Assembly (NCBI GenBank): GCA_964452185.1
Contig: CAYVKO010000001.1
Coordinates: 2,945 to 48,314 of the forward strand
DNA length: 45,370 nucleotides
Direction: 5' to 3'
From: an uncultured Candidatus Saccharibacteria bacterium
Lineage (GTDB): Bacteria > Patescibacteriota > Minisyncoccia > Phycocordibacterales > SW-6-46-9
A program made the position numbers and the translations under genes. This document shows, piece by piece, positions 28,579-37,892 of this stretch (position 1 is its first letter; every line of letters starts with the position of its first letter). The notes under the pieces were generated by a model that ran no database searches, was not told the DNA's origin, and saw nothing but the letters and a program-made list of their open reading frames with translations.

Positions 28579-29118
28579 ATGTCATTTGCTCATCCGCGAA
28601 AAAATATTTCTCAGTTCGGTCTCTCTGAAGGTGACCGAGTAGCTGATCTTGGCGCCGGTGCCGGCCATTATACGATTGAGGCTGGTAAAAAAGTGGGTGA
28701 AAATGGGCAAGTGTATGCTATTGAAATACAAAAGAAGCTAGTATCAAAAGTAGAAAGTGAAGCCAAGGAGGCAGGTCTTTCTAATGTAGAGGTGATATGG
28801 AGTGACCTGGAAGAGGTTGGGGGTAGTACGCTCAAGGACGAAATAATGGATGCAGTTATTGTTTCTAATGTGCTGTTTCAGATTACTAACAAATCAACAG
28901 TATTACAGGAAGCTAAACGCATTCTTAAGCCCGGAGGAAGGCTACTTCTTGTTGATTGGAGCGAGGCTCACGGAGGTGTTGGTCCTACACCTGATCATGT
29001 CGTTTCAGAGTCTGAAGCTAGAGAGTTATGTGAAAAGGCTGGCTTTGCTGCTCGACAGGTCATTTCTCCCGGCGCTCATCACTACGGTGTAATTTTTCAG
29101 AAACCTGATACAGAATAA
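28579..29118 (+). CDS. class I SAM-dependent methyltransferase
   Basis: VADLGAGAG and RILKPGGRL..VDW motifs; start 28570 or 28579. Confidence 0.92.
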   Translation: MSFAHPRKNISQFGLSEGDRVADLGAGAGHYTIEAGKKVGENGQVYAIEIQKKLVSKVESEAKEAGLSNVEVIWSDLEEVGGSTLKDEIMDAVIVSNVLFQITNKSTVLQEAKRILKPGGRLLLVDWSEAHGGVGPTPDHVVSESEARELCEKAGFAARQVISPGAHHYGVIFQKPDTE

Positions 29119-30431
29119 TGAATGATTTCAGTACATTTCAGGCTATCTTTTTGGCCTTGTTTATAGTTTTTGCTGTTGCCGGAGTTGCTGTTTTTGCTAC
29201 TGGCCAGTTGACGCAAACACCTAGTGATCAAGCCCCTGTATCTTTTGAGATTTGGGGGACGATTGACAAGAATTCATTTAATGAAGTGATGGAGGCTGGT
29301 GGTGTAACTGATAATGAAAGTATTAGTACCTCATACACTAACGTAGATGGTTCTAATTTCCACTCACGACTAGTTAATGCATTAGCGCGAGGCGAAGGGC
29401 CTGATGTTGTACTTGTTCCTCATACGCGCTTGTTAGAGCTTCAAGACTTCTTGGCCACAGTTGGGTCGGATTTTTATTCTGATCGGCAGTTCAGAGATAC
29501 TTTTGTTGAAGGTAGTGAAATATTCTTGCAACCAAATGGGATAGCTGCATTACCTTTTGCTATGGATCCAATGGTAATGTACTGGAATCGCGATCTTTTA
29601 TCTAATGCTGGATTTGTTTCTCCGCCTGAGTATTGGGGAGACGTGTCGGAGTATGTAAATAGAATTACAGAAGTGGATGAAGTCGGCGACATCAACCGAT
29701 CAGCTATAGCTTTAGGCACAAGCCAAAACATACCCAGTACCAAAGCTATTTTGTCTTCGTTAATTATGGAGGCTGGTAATCCAATTGTGCGCCAATCTTC
29801 AGACAACACTTACTCAAGTGTACTTTCTCAAAATTCTGATCAGTCATCATCTCCAGCCGGAGCAGCACTACGGCTGTACACGCAGTACGCTGATCCTGTG
29901 AACGAATCTTACACCTGGAATAGTTCACTCCCTTCAGCTCGCCGAGCTTTTACTTCTGGTCAGGTGGCTATGTACTTTGATAACGGACGTGCTATAGATG
30001 ACATTCGAGCCCAAAATCCCAATCTAAATTTTGATGTTGCTAATATTCCGCAACGCCAAGGTGCTGAAAACAAACGGACTTTTGCAACGATGTATGGATT
30101 CTCTATTTTGAATGATGCATCCAATAAAACAGCTATATTTTCGGCATTGCAACGAATGACAAATTCGACAGTAGCTAACGCTATGGTTGATCAAACAAAC
30201 CTAACTCCGATCAGAAAAGATATAATTGCGGAAGGCCAACCAGATGACCCTCACCAAAGTGCACTTTTTGATGCTGCAGTAATAGCGAGAGGGTGGTATG
30301 ATCCTGACCCTGAAGAAACCGAAAGTATTTTTGAGGAAATGGTTCAAGGGGTTACATCCGGTCGGCAGAGTGTTTCAGGGGCGGTGGGGGATGCTAACGA
30401 TCGCATAAATGCCCTACTAGAAGGTATGTAA
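29118..30431 (+). CDS. membrane-anchored extracellular solute-binding protein (sugar-binding family 1-like)
   Basis: GEGPDV, ALPFAMD...YWNRDL and FTSGQVAMY motifs. Confidence 0.88.
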   Translation: MNDFSTFQAIFLALFIVFAVAGVAVFATGQLTQTPSDQAPVSFEIWGTIDKNSFNEVMEAGGVTDNESISTSYTNVDGSNFHSRLVNALARGEGPDVVLVPHTRLLELQDFLATVGSDFYSDRQFRDTFVEGSEIFLQPNGIAALPFAMDPMVMYWNRDLLSNAGFVSPPEYWGDVSEYVNRITEVDEVGDINRSAIALGTSQNIPSTKAILSSLIMEAGNPIVRQSSDNTYSSVLSQNSDQSSSPAGAALRLYTQYADPVNESYTWNSSLPSARRAFTSGQVAMYFDNGRAIDDIRAQNPNLNFDVANIPQRQGAENKRTFATMYGFSILNDASNKTAIFSALQRMTNSTVANAMVDQTNLTPIRKDIIAEGQPDDPHQSALFDAAVIARGWYDPDPEETESIFEEMVQGVTSGRQSVSGAVGDANDRINALLEGM

Positions 30432-30440
30432 CGCATAATT

Positions 30441-30863
30441 ATGAAGATATTAAATACGTACACTAGTTTTTTTTATGGCATTTTTTACTCTCTGTTAGTT
30501 TTCTTGCTGCCGGTAGTTGTTCATGCTCAGGGCGGGGTGGTTCCATGCGGAGGGCCGGATTGCGGTTATGATGATTTCATGGTTCTTATAAATAATGTTA
30601 TTGAAACACTGATAGGAATCGCGGTTGCTGTTTCGGCGCTCTTGTTTATGTATGCAGGATTTTTGTATCTTACTGCCGGTGGGAACGAAAATCAGGCTGA
30701 TCGGGCTAAAGATATATTTGGTAACGTAGCCATTGGCTTTGGTATTATATTAGTGGCGTGGCTTGTTGTGAGTATGATAGTGGGATTATTAACTTCGTGT
30801 GACTGGCGGGCAGAAAACAGGGACATAATACCTATTACTTTGGAGACGGAAGACTGCGGCTAG
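30441..30863 (+). CDS. VirB2/TrbC-like pilin 1
   Basis: Signal ending VHA-Q; VPC..C; YAGFLYLTAGG..AK helical hairpin. Confidence 0.85.
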   Translation: MKILNTYTSFFYGIFYSLLVFLLPVVVHAQGGVVPCGGPDCGYDDFMVLINNVIETLIGIAVAVSALLFMYAGFLYLTAGGNENQADRAKDIFGNVAIGFGIILVAWLVVSMIVGLLTSCDWRAENRDIIPITLETEDCG

Positions 30864-30880
30864 AATAAGCATCAAAATAA

Positions 30881-31261
30881 ATGAAACATATATACACCTA
30901 CATAACTCTTTGGTTGTTAACTGCGTTACTTTCAGTACCTGCAACCACTCAAGCTCAGTGCACAGGCCCTGGTGGTAATCCTGTAATATGTAATCCGCTT
31001 AATTCAAGCGATGTAACAGGCCTTATTTCTGATATCATCAGTGCTGTACTTATTCTCTCTGTACCGGTAATTGTGCTTTTTATCATTTATGCCGGCTTCC
31101 TTTTTGTAACGGCTGGCGGTGATGAGCGGCAGATCGAGACTGCGAAAAAAACTGCTTTATACACAGTTATAGGAGCGGCTATAATACTTGGTGCGGAACT
31201 TATTTCAACCATTCTTGCACAAACTGCAGTTAATCTAGGTGCCGACATATCGACTGACTAG
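30881..31261 (+). CDS. VirB2/TrbC-like pilin 2
   Basis: NPL; IIYAGFLFVTAGGD..AKK..IG motif. Confidence 0.87.
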   Translation: MKHIYTYITLWLLTALLSVPATTQAQCTGPGGNPVICNPLNSSDVTGLISDIISAVLILSVPVIVLFIIYAGFLFVTAGGDERQIETAKKTALYTVIGAAIILGAELISTILAQTAVNLGADISTD

Positions 31262-31273
31262 TAAAAGTACGCT

Positions 31274-31624
31274 ATGCCAAAAAAATTAAAATTAAATAGT
31301 TCTTATCTCTACTTTTCTACGCTTTTGCATTTGTTACTGATTTTGGGGGTTTGGGGAGTACCTCTTACAGCTTCAGCACAACAGGATTTTAAATCAGTAG
31401 TTGGAGACATCACTGATATTCTCTTATCACTCGTACCTTTGCTATCCAGCGTGGCTTTATTGCTGTTTTTCTGGGGGATGGCTGACTACATATTTCGAGC
31501 CGGGAATGAACGAGCAACTGAAGATGGTCGGCAGCGAATGATCTGGGGGATTGTGGGATTATTCTCGATTGCAGCGGTGTGGGGGATAATCAGATTAGTG
31601 GGAGGTACTTTTGCTTTGATTTAA
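31274..31624 (+). CDS. VirB2/TrbC-like pilin 3
   Basis: FFWG..YIF..G..RMIWGIVGLF..VWGII motif. Confidence 0.85.
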   Translation: MPKKLKLNSSYLYFSTLLHLLLILGVWGVPLTASAQQDFKSVVGDITDILLSLVPLLSSVALLLFFWGMADYIFRAGNERATEDGRQRMIWGIVGLFSIAAVWGIIRLVGGTFALI

Positions 31625-31705
31625 TTAAAAGTTGTATCCACATTCTATAATTGCGAATTTTTTAATTGTGATATACGATAATAAGTACAATAGTTAACAT
31701 CTTAT

Positions 31706-32086
31706 ATGACGTTAATTCGACGACAATTACAACTATTCTCTCTTTTTGCTCTTGTTGTTGTAGGTATACCTGAAGTGGCAATCGCCCAAGAAGGTAACTT
31801 GAATACGTTGATAAGCTCACTGAATGATATAGTGCAGCAACTTATCCCGTTGGTTGCTAGCATGGCTCTTCTGGGGTTTTTCTACGGTCTTGCAAAATAC
31901 ATATTTAATGCCGGAGATGAAGAGGCGCAAGATCAAGGGAAGCGGGTCATGATTGGTGGAATTATAGCGCTGTTCTTGATAGCCTCCATAGGCGGTATAA
32001 TCGACTTTATAGGTAACGCTCTAGGAATTCCAACCAGTGGAGGAGAGATCACGCCTCCTACAATTAATACTGGTGGGGGAGGATAA
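31706..32086 (+). CDS. VirB2/TrbC-like pilin 4
   Basis: FFYGLAKYIF..GKRVMIGGIIALF motif. Confidence 0.85.
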   Translation: MTLIRRQLQLFSLFALVVVGIPEVAIAQEGNLNTLISSLNDIVQQLIPLVASMALLGFFYGLAKYIFNAGDEEAQDQGKRVMIGGIIALFLIASIGGIIDFIGNALGIPTSGGEITPPTINTGGGG

Positions 32087-32143
32087 GTTACCTCAAGCCA
32101 GTAATGTTATTCACTAAGTTAAATTAGCTTACTAATCATCATT

Positions 32144-32512
32144 ATGAACAAGTATTTAACGAGATTGTTAGTACCATCGGTGGCTTTTCTGCTTCCGGCA
32201 GTTACTTTTGCTCAAAATCTAGGAAACATTGAGGGTATTGTTGAGGGATTGAGGAATGTGGTAAATACTCTCATTCCGATCGCAGCGGCTCTAGCTCTTC
32301 TAGCTTTCTTCTATGGGCTTGCGAAATACATCTTCCAAGCAGATGACGAAGAGGCGCAAGACAGAGGGAAGCGTATTATGATCGGCGGTATCATAGCTCT
32401 CTTTTTGATTGCTGCTATAGGAGGTATTATTCAATTTATCGGTGAGGCTCTAGGTATTGACACTGACGGTACGAATATCGACCCTACAGGCATTGATACC
32501 GGAGATAACTAA
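32144..32512 (+). CDS. VirB2/TrbC-like pilin 5 (close paralogue of pilin 4)
   Basis: 51 of 63 core residues identical to pilin 4 by manual count. Confidence 0.85.
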   Translation: MNKYLTRLLVPSVAFLLPAVTFAQNLGNIEGIVEGLRNVVNTLIPIAAALALLAFFYGLAKYIFQADDEEAQDRGKRIMIGGIIALFLIAAIGGIIQFIGEALGIDTDGTNIDPTGIDTGDN

Positions 32513-32616
32513 TAGCTTCAAGGTTTTCTGCCTTAATGTAACTCTCCTTTTAAGGGAGGCGACACAACTTAAGTTACCGAGATTATCAAGCACTGATATT
32601 TACTGATTGTGCGCTC

Positions 32617-32895
32617 ATGGAAACAACGGCACAAAATATAGTTGCGAATGTATCGACAGAAATTATTAACCCGCTTATCATGCTGTTGTTTGCAGCGGCA
32701 TTAGTGTACTTCATTTACGGAGTTGTGCAATTCATAGCTAATGCAGATAATGAGCAGGCACGCCAGAAAGGCAAACGGCACTTGATGTATGCAATCCTCG
32801 GACTGGTCATTATGGCCGGTGTTTGGGGTATTCTCCAGCTAGTGATTAACACTCTCAACGTAACTCCCCCAAGTGGATATGAACAATTGAATTAA
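32617..32895 (+). CDS. VirB2/TrbC-like pilin 6 (no obvious signal peptide)
   Basis: IINPLI..FIYGVVQFI..GKRHLMYAILGL..VWGI motif. Confidence 0.83.
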   Translation: METTAQNIVANVSTEIINPLIMLLFAAALVYFIYGVVQFIANADNEQARQKGKRHLMYAILGLVIMAGVWGILQLVINTLNVTPPSGYEQLN

Positions 32896-32934
32896 GTGTT
32901 GAACAATTAAAAAGTGCAGGGCATACACACCAAG

Positions 32935-32962
32935 ACAAAAAGCGCCTTATGGCGCTTTTTGT
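32935..32962. terminator. bidirectional rho-independent terminator
   Basis: ACAAAAAGCGCC-TTAT-GGCGCTTTTTGT between the convergent pilin and tRNA units. Confidence 0.88.
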
Positions 32963-33119
32963 TATTTGAGGGAGTAGTTATGTTTTTGTTGAAGCAAAAA
33001 CCTCTATTGCTACAGCTCGTGATTTGTCCTTTGCTCCACTTACAGAAACACCACGTGCTTTCAAGATCTGGTATTACGTGTGGTGAGCGTACGTTCTCTA
33101 CATTACGCACTTATACTTG

Positions 33120-33202
33120 TGCTGGGGGCGGGAGTTGAACCCGCACGCCTTTGCGGCATATGGTCCTAAACCATACGTGTCTACCAATTCCACCACCCCA
33201 GC
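33120..33202 (-). tRNA. tRNA-Leu(UAG)
   Basis: Cloverleaf GCTGGGG.../...CCCCAGCA; anticodon arm TATGG-TTTAGGA-CCATA; long variable arm. Confidence 0.95.
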
Positions 33203-33291
33203 AAATCTTTCACTAAAACGTATGATATCAGATTTCTAACAGGGAATAAATACTCGTACAGGTTATTTAAGCCTAATGAATCTTGTTCTTG

Positions 33292-33474
33292 TGTCCGTCC
33301 GGTTTATCCTGAGCCTGTCGAAGGGCAGGATTTGGCTGCGGTCGATCGAAGTTCGCCTCTGGCCGCACCTTGTTCGTCGTGCTCGCATACTGTGCGTGAC
33401 ATAACTCCGGTGTTCAAATTTATACAGACATGCAGAAATGCATACCTTCTTCTGAACAACTTAACGAGTAAAGA
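33292..33474 (-). mobile_element. tRNA-Lys-anchored short structured element ending in a copy of the tRNA 3' end
   Basis: CAAATCCTGC|CGGACGGACA copy (33334-33325 and 33301-33292) of 33494-33475; 140-nt spacer with hairpins; mobility inferred. Confidence 0.6.
33302..33324 (-). repeat. 23-nt REP-like unit CCTTCGACAGGCTCAGGATAAAC inserted in the tRNA 3' copy
   Basis: Removing these 23 nt restores an exact 20-nt match to the tRNA-Lys 3' end. Confidence 0.85.
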
Positions 33475-33476
33475 TG

Positions 33477-33550
33477 TCCGTCCGGCAGGATTTGAACCTG
33501 CGGCCGTCTGCTTAAGAGGCAGCTGCTCTACCAAGCTGAGCTACGGACGG
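33477..33550 (-). tRNA. tRNA-Lys(CUU)
   Basis: Acceptor stem CCGTCCG/CGGACGG-A; TAGCTCAGCTTGGTAGAGC D-arm; loop CT-CTT-AA; GGTTCAAATCC. Confidence 0.93.
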
Positions 33551-33619
33551 GAATCACTCCCTAAAGCACGCAACAGTTTGCGTGCTCCTCGAATAAGTCT
33601 GCTAACTTATTTAAGGTAG

Positions 33620-33704
33620 TGCCCGGGGTGGGACTCGAACCCACAACCACAGTTCGTGGTACGGATTTTAAGTCCGCTGTGTATACCAATTCCACCACCC
33701 AGGC
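33620..33704 (-). tRNA. tRNA-Leu(UAA)
   Basis: GCCTGGG/CCCGGGC-A; GCGGA-CTTAAAA-TCCGT; long variable arm. Confidence 0.95.
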
Positions 33705-33830
33705 ATATAAAAAACACTCTTAAAAATTACCTTACTCAAGCACCAGCCCGGTTAGTGGTTAGTTCAATTCGTTGTTGTTTGGTCCGGGCGCGCATACCTC
33801 ATTATACTGAAATAAAACCCAGAATAAAGG

Positions 33831-33905
33831 AGGCCTGGATCGGATTTGCACCGACGGATAGAGGTTTTGCAGACCCCTGCGTTAGACTAACTTCGCCACC
33901 AGGCC
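33831..33905 (-). tRNA. tRNA-Cys(GCA)
   Basis: GGCCTGG/CCAGGCC-T (U73); GGGGT-CTGCAAA-ACCTC; T-loop TGCAAAT. Confidence 0.92.
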
Positions 33906-33915
33906 TAAATGTACT

Positions 33916-34245
33916 CTACAACTCAGAAAGAGCATCGTCAATTTGTTGGCGCTTTTTTTCATTGGCATCAATTTCTAGCTTAACTTCAGGCACTTTTCGC
34001 CACGATATCGCATCACCAATTGTTTTACGCAGGTTTGATTGATGACCTTTTAGATTCTTGAAGTCGGATACCAGATTATCATCCGGAAGGATAGTGACGA
34101 ATATCGTTAGTTGAGATAACTTTTGATTAGCCTCGACCCGAGTAACGGTGACAAGTTTTGACGTGGGGCCGTGAGCAGAAAAGTACTTGCCGGCTACTTT
34201 CCGGATGGTTTTTTCAATTTTTTGTCGACGATCTTCATTGGCCAT
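33916..34245 (-). CDS. rbfA: ribosome-binding factor A
   Basis: VTVTRVE and RKVPEVKL.ID motifs; directly downstream of infB. Confidence 0.88.
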   Translation of the reverse strand: MANEDRRQKIEKTIRKVAGKYFSAHGPTSKLVTVTRVEANQKLSQLTIFVTILPDDNLVSDFKNLKGHQSNLRKTIGDAISWRKVPEVKLEIDANEKKRQQIDDALSEL

Positions 34246-34265
34246 ACACGAAAAGCGTTAACAGA

Positions 34266-35765
34266 TTATGACTCAACCATTTCAAATGATTCGATAACAT
34301 CCCCTGGTGCAATAGTGACTCGACTCTCGATATTAGCGCCAAACTCATGGCCGCTTTCTACCTTGTCTGTGGCTGCTCGCTGTTGCTGAAGCTCGACTAT
34401 TTCACCGTCGGCTATTTTAGTTTCATTGCGGATTACTGATACACCGGCACTACTGGTGATTGTTCCGTCAAAGACTTTTCCTCCAATTACTTGCATATCC
34501 TTCTTGCTACTGAAAGTTTTGAGTACTTTTGCTCGTCCGCGCACAACTCGAGTGGTGATGGTGGGGGTACGCTCTTCAACGGCTTCTTTTAACCATTCAA
34601 CTAACTCGTAGATAACAGAACCTGTTTTTACTGCAACATCTCGCCGTTTAGCTGTTTGTTTTGCAGCTTGAGAGACGGAAACATTAAACCCAACGACAAT
34701 CGAAGATACGTCGTTAGAGGCAACTGCTCGGATGTCATCCTCAGTGATATCGCCAACTCCGGTGTGGACAATATCCAGAGCGGCACGATCGCTATGCAGC
34801 TTTTTTAGTTCATGCGTAATAGCATCAACGGTGCCCGAGACATCAGTTTTTACCACTACAGGAATAGTAAAGGCGTCGTACGACTGACGTGCTCCTTGCG
34901 AACCTGATCTCTCTTTTGATTTTTTATACTGCTCAGCAGCTTCACGAGCAGCCTTCTTGTCTTTAAGGGACTCAAACTTGGCTCCAACCTTCGGCTGCTC
35001 GTCAAACCCAACAACCAGTACTGGTGTGCTGGCTTGCGCCTTTTCTATACTTTTGCCTTTAAAGTTCTCAAAAATTCGTACCGGAGCAATACACCCTTCA
35101 GCATGAACATACATACCCGTTTCTAAAGATCCGTCAGTAATTACAAGAGTAGCTTGTGTACCGCGCTGGGCATCAACGGAGGATTCTATGACTGTTCCGC
35201 TTGCATTAGTTTGAGGGTCAGTGGTAAGTTCGTTAAGTTTTGCGGTCAGAGTCAGAAGGTCTAAAAGTTCTTCTATATTTTCTCCGGTCTTAGCTGATAT
35301 TTCAACGTACGATATATCACCTCCAAAACCTTCTACGTAAACTTCGGATTCCGCCAGCTCTTGTATAACGGCGTCTACATCAGCTTCTGGTTTATCTATC
35401 TTATTTATGGCTACAATAAACGGTATTTCTTGCTCTTTAATTTCCTTAATTGTTTCTTTGGTTTGTTCTTGCACTCCGTCATCAGCTGCTACTACAAGGA
35501 CTCCTATGTCAGCAACTGTAGCGCCTCGTTCGCGCATAGCGATAAAGGCTTCATGGCCTGGAGTATCAAGAAAGGTCATCTTGGTACTACCTTCTTCACC
35601 TTCGTGCGTTATTTCGTACGCAGACAGGTGTTGGGTGATTCCACCTGCTTCACTGGCTGCCGTGTTGCTTTTGCGGATATAATCCAGCAGTGTTGATTTG
35701 CCGTGATCGATATGACCCATTACAGCAATAACCGGCGGTCGAGTTGTTGAGTTTTCTTTAGACAT
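34266..35765 (-). CDS. infB: translation initiation factor IF-2 (lacking the N-terminal extension)
   Basis: [34 protein letters not shown] and NKID motifs; ATG 35765 preferred. Confidence 0.97.
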   Translation of the reverse strand: MSKENSTTRPPVIAVMGHIDHGKSTLLDYIRKSNTAASEAGGITQHLSAYEITHEGEEGSTKMTFLDTPGHEAFIAMRERGATVADIGVLVVAADDGVQEQTKETIKEIKEQEIPFIVAINKIDKPEADVDAVIQELAESEVYVEGFGGDISYVEISAKTGENIEELLDLLTLTAKLNELTTDPQTNASGTVIESSVDAQRGTQATLVITDGSLETGMYVHAEGCIAPVRIFENFKGKSIEKAQASTPVLVVGFDEQPKVGAKFESLKDKKAAREAAEQYKKSKERSGSQGARQSYDAFTIPVVVKTDVSGTVDAITHELKKLHSDRAALDIVHTGVGDITEDDIRAVASNDVSSIVVGFNVSVSQAAKQTAKRRDVAVKTGSVIYELVEWLKEAVEERTPTITTRVVRGRAKVLKTFSSKKDMQVIGGKVFDGTITSSAGVSVIRNETKIADGEIVELQQQRAATDKVESGHEFGANIESRVTIAPGDVIESFEMVES

Positions 35766-35856
35766 AGATTTGACACTGCAAATAGTACCGTAAATAAGTG
35801 TACAATAAAAGCGTTGTCTGGCAGGATCCACTTATTTCCGTTACATTAGTAGGTGC

Positions 35857-37014
35857 ATGAAAGAAAAAGATACAAGCCGCATATATCTTGATTACGCCGC
35901 TTCGACTCCGGTTCGGGATGAGGTGTTGTCGGCAATGGAGGCATACTGGCAGCAAGTTTTTGCTAATCCGCAAGCTACTATTCACACCCCCGGAAGAGAG
36001 GCCAGGAAAGCTGTATCGGAATCGCGAGAACGTATAAGTTCAATCCTTGGTGTACAGGCTTCAGAAATTGTGTTTACTTCTGGGGCTACTGAGGCAAATT
36101 CTTTAGCTATTTTAGGAAGTATGAAGTCGGCCCGAGATCGTATAGAGGAACCTTCAGTTCTTGTTAATGAGATATCTCACGGGTCAGTAACTCAGATCAA
36201 CCAAGATAAGTTTAATGTAGATACAGTACCTGTAGATTCATCAGGACGAATGAATACTGAGGCGTTAGAATCGTTGGTAGATCCAAACACAGCACTGGTA
36301 TCGTGTGAGTATGTAAACAATGAAATTGGAACCATTCAGCCAGTCAGGCAAGTAAGTAAGGCGGCATCCGGAGATGATCTGTACCCGTTAGTTCACACAG
36401 ATGCTAGCCAAGCTCCGGTATTTCTGCCTTTAAACCCTGAACGGCTGGGTGTAGATATGATGACGATCAACGGGCAAAAAATGTATGGCCCAAAAGGTGT
36501 CGGGGTGTTGTGGGTAAAAAGTGGCACTCCGGTACAATCATTGCTTATAAATGACTCTAAAGAACATGTAGGTGATTACCAGGGTGTTCGTCCAGGCACA
36601 CCGCCGGTACCGCTTATAGTGGGTATGGCTCAAGCGCTTGAGTGGGCGCAAAATCATTACGAAAAACACCGAGAGCAAATTACAGCAGTCCGAGATTACG
36701 GCATACGCCAACTTAATGACACCTTTAGTGAAATTCGCATTAACGGAAGTCGTGATCATCGAGTGGCTAACAATATTAGCGTGTCCTTTCTAGGTGTAGA
36801 TCATGATTATTTGGCTACTAAGCTTGACCGGGAGGGAATTGCCTGTGCGACCACTAGTGCTTGTCAGTCAGGGTCTGGTAAGTCTTCGGTGGTGGCTAGA
36901 ATTGAAAATCAAACACAGCAAGCGCTTCGGTTTTCGCTTGGTATACACACAACACAATCCGATATGGACACGCTTGTAAATACTCTCCGCGGTTGCTTGG
37001 ATGGTGCAAGTTAG
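35857..37014 (+). CDS. iscS: cysteine desulfurase (IscS/NifS type)
   Basis: YLDYAASTP, FTSGATEAN, HTDASQ, QKMYGPKG (PLP Lys) and SAC (catalytic Cys). Confidence 0.92.
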   Translation: MKEKDTSRIYLDYAASTPVRDEVLSAMEAYWQQVFANPQATIHTPGREARKAVSESRERISSILGVQASEIVFTSGATEANSLAILGSMKSARDRIEEPSVLVNEISHGSVTQINQDKFNVDTVPVDSSGRMNTEALESLVDPNTALVSCEYVNNEIGTIQPVRQVSKAASGDDLYPLVHTDASQAPVFLPLNPERLGVDMMTINGQKMYGPKGVGVLWVKSGTPVQSLLINDSKEHVGDYQGVRPGTPPVPLIVGMAQALEWAQNHYEKHREQITAVRDYGIRQLNDTFSEIRINGSRDHRVANNISVSFLGVDHDYLATKLDREGIACATTSACQSGSGKSSVVARIENQTQQALRFSLGIHTTQSDMDTLVNTLRGCLDGAS

Positions 37015-37055
37015 ATTCTTTATAAATACTGTTGGTGGTATAATCTAAACCAGAA

Positions 37056-37787
37056 ATGAACAACTTTTCTAGAACACAACTCGTAATGCTGTTTGTGGCT
37101 ATTTTGGCGGTATTAGTCATCGTGGGTGTGCTGGTGATAGGCGAATCATCGGATTCGCAGCCAGCAACAGACCCTACAAGCACAACTACGCCTCAGCAGG
37201 AAGAGTCTGTTTCTGACAGTAATACACCTACGTCGTCAGATGCTACTTCATCAGCAACCGATACTCCAACTACCACGGACACAGCCTCATTACCAACCCA
37301 AAGCGAGGTGTTAACGGCAAGTGTGGATGCGGTAGCTCGAGTTACAGCCCCGGAAATGTCTCCGCAAGCCGGTGTTTTATTGAATATTCGTGGCCAAAAT
37401 AAAATGATTGTTCCGGCTTCAAATCCGTCCAACTCGGCCGAAGGATTGTTTGAAGATGGGGTGGTAGTTAGCCTTAGTCTAGACCCCAACCAATCAGATG
37501 ATGAGTTTTCAGTGTACCGAGTAGGTCAAGCAAGCGGGTCTTTGTCCCCACTAACTGCAAGAGAATATCAGTCAGAAACCGGGGAAGAAATGTACGTAGT
37601 TCCGTTATCGGGTCAACCGCAAATATTTCAAACAACGGTTAGTGCAGTGAGTGAATCAGGGGTTCAGATTGAGTCCAATAATCTTCCGGCTGGCAGCCTA
37701 CTTTTAAACACTCAAGCGGAAGTAGTAGGGCTTTTCAGCACAAACGGTGGTATATTCCCTCCTATATCTTCTCTAATGGCTAATTAG
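37056..37787 (+). CDS. membrane-anchored protein with degenerate trypsin-like fold
   Basis: TM helix, S/T-rich linker; C-terminal PAGSLLLNTQAEVVGL resembles GNSGGPLLNxxGEVVGI. Confidence 0.6.
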   Translation: MNNFSRTQLVMLFVAILAVLVIVGVLVIGESSDSQPATDPTSTTTPQQEESVSDSNTPTSSDATSSATDTPTTTDTASLPTQSEVLTASVDAVARVTAPEMSPQAGVLLNIRGQNKMIVPASNPSNSAEGLFEDGVVVSLSLDPNQSDDEFSVYRVGQASGSLSPLTAREYQSETGEEMYVVPLSGQPQIFQTTVSAVSESGVQIESNNLPAGSLLLNTQAEVVGLFSTNGGIFPPISSLMAN

Positions 37788-37892
37788 AGGGCTAATTTAC
37801 TCCATTGAAAAAGCCATTTAGGTACGCTAAAATATACGTAACTGCATAGCAGCCACAGTACCCTGAAAATATCAGATAAGATACCAACACAT

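Noticed and set aside
28531-31642. oriC from DnaA-box-like words (CTTTCCACA near 28531, GTATCCACA near 31634)
   Set aside because: Isolated mismatched boxes with no cluster and no dnaA/dnaN in the window.
32907-33138. ORFs 32907..33110 (-) and 32914..33138 (+) as ribosomal protein L33 or similar
   Set aside because: No matching motif, and both run through a bidirectional terminator.
33304-33619. ORFs 33304..33534 (-) and 33332..33619 (+)
   Set aside because: They overlap tRNA-Lys and its structured trailer and have no protein-like features.
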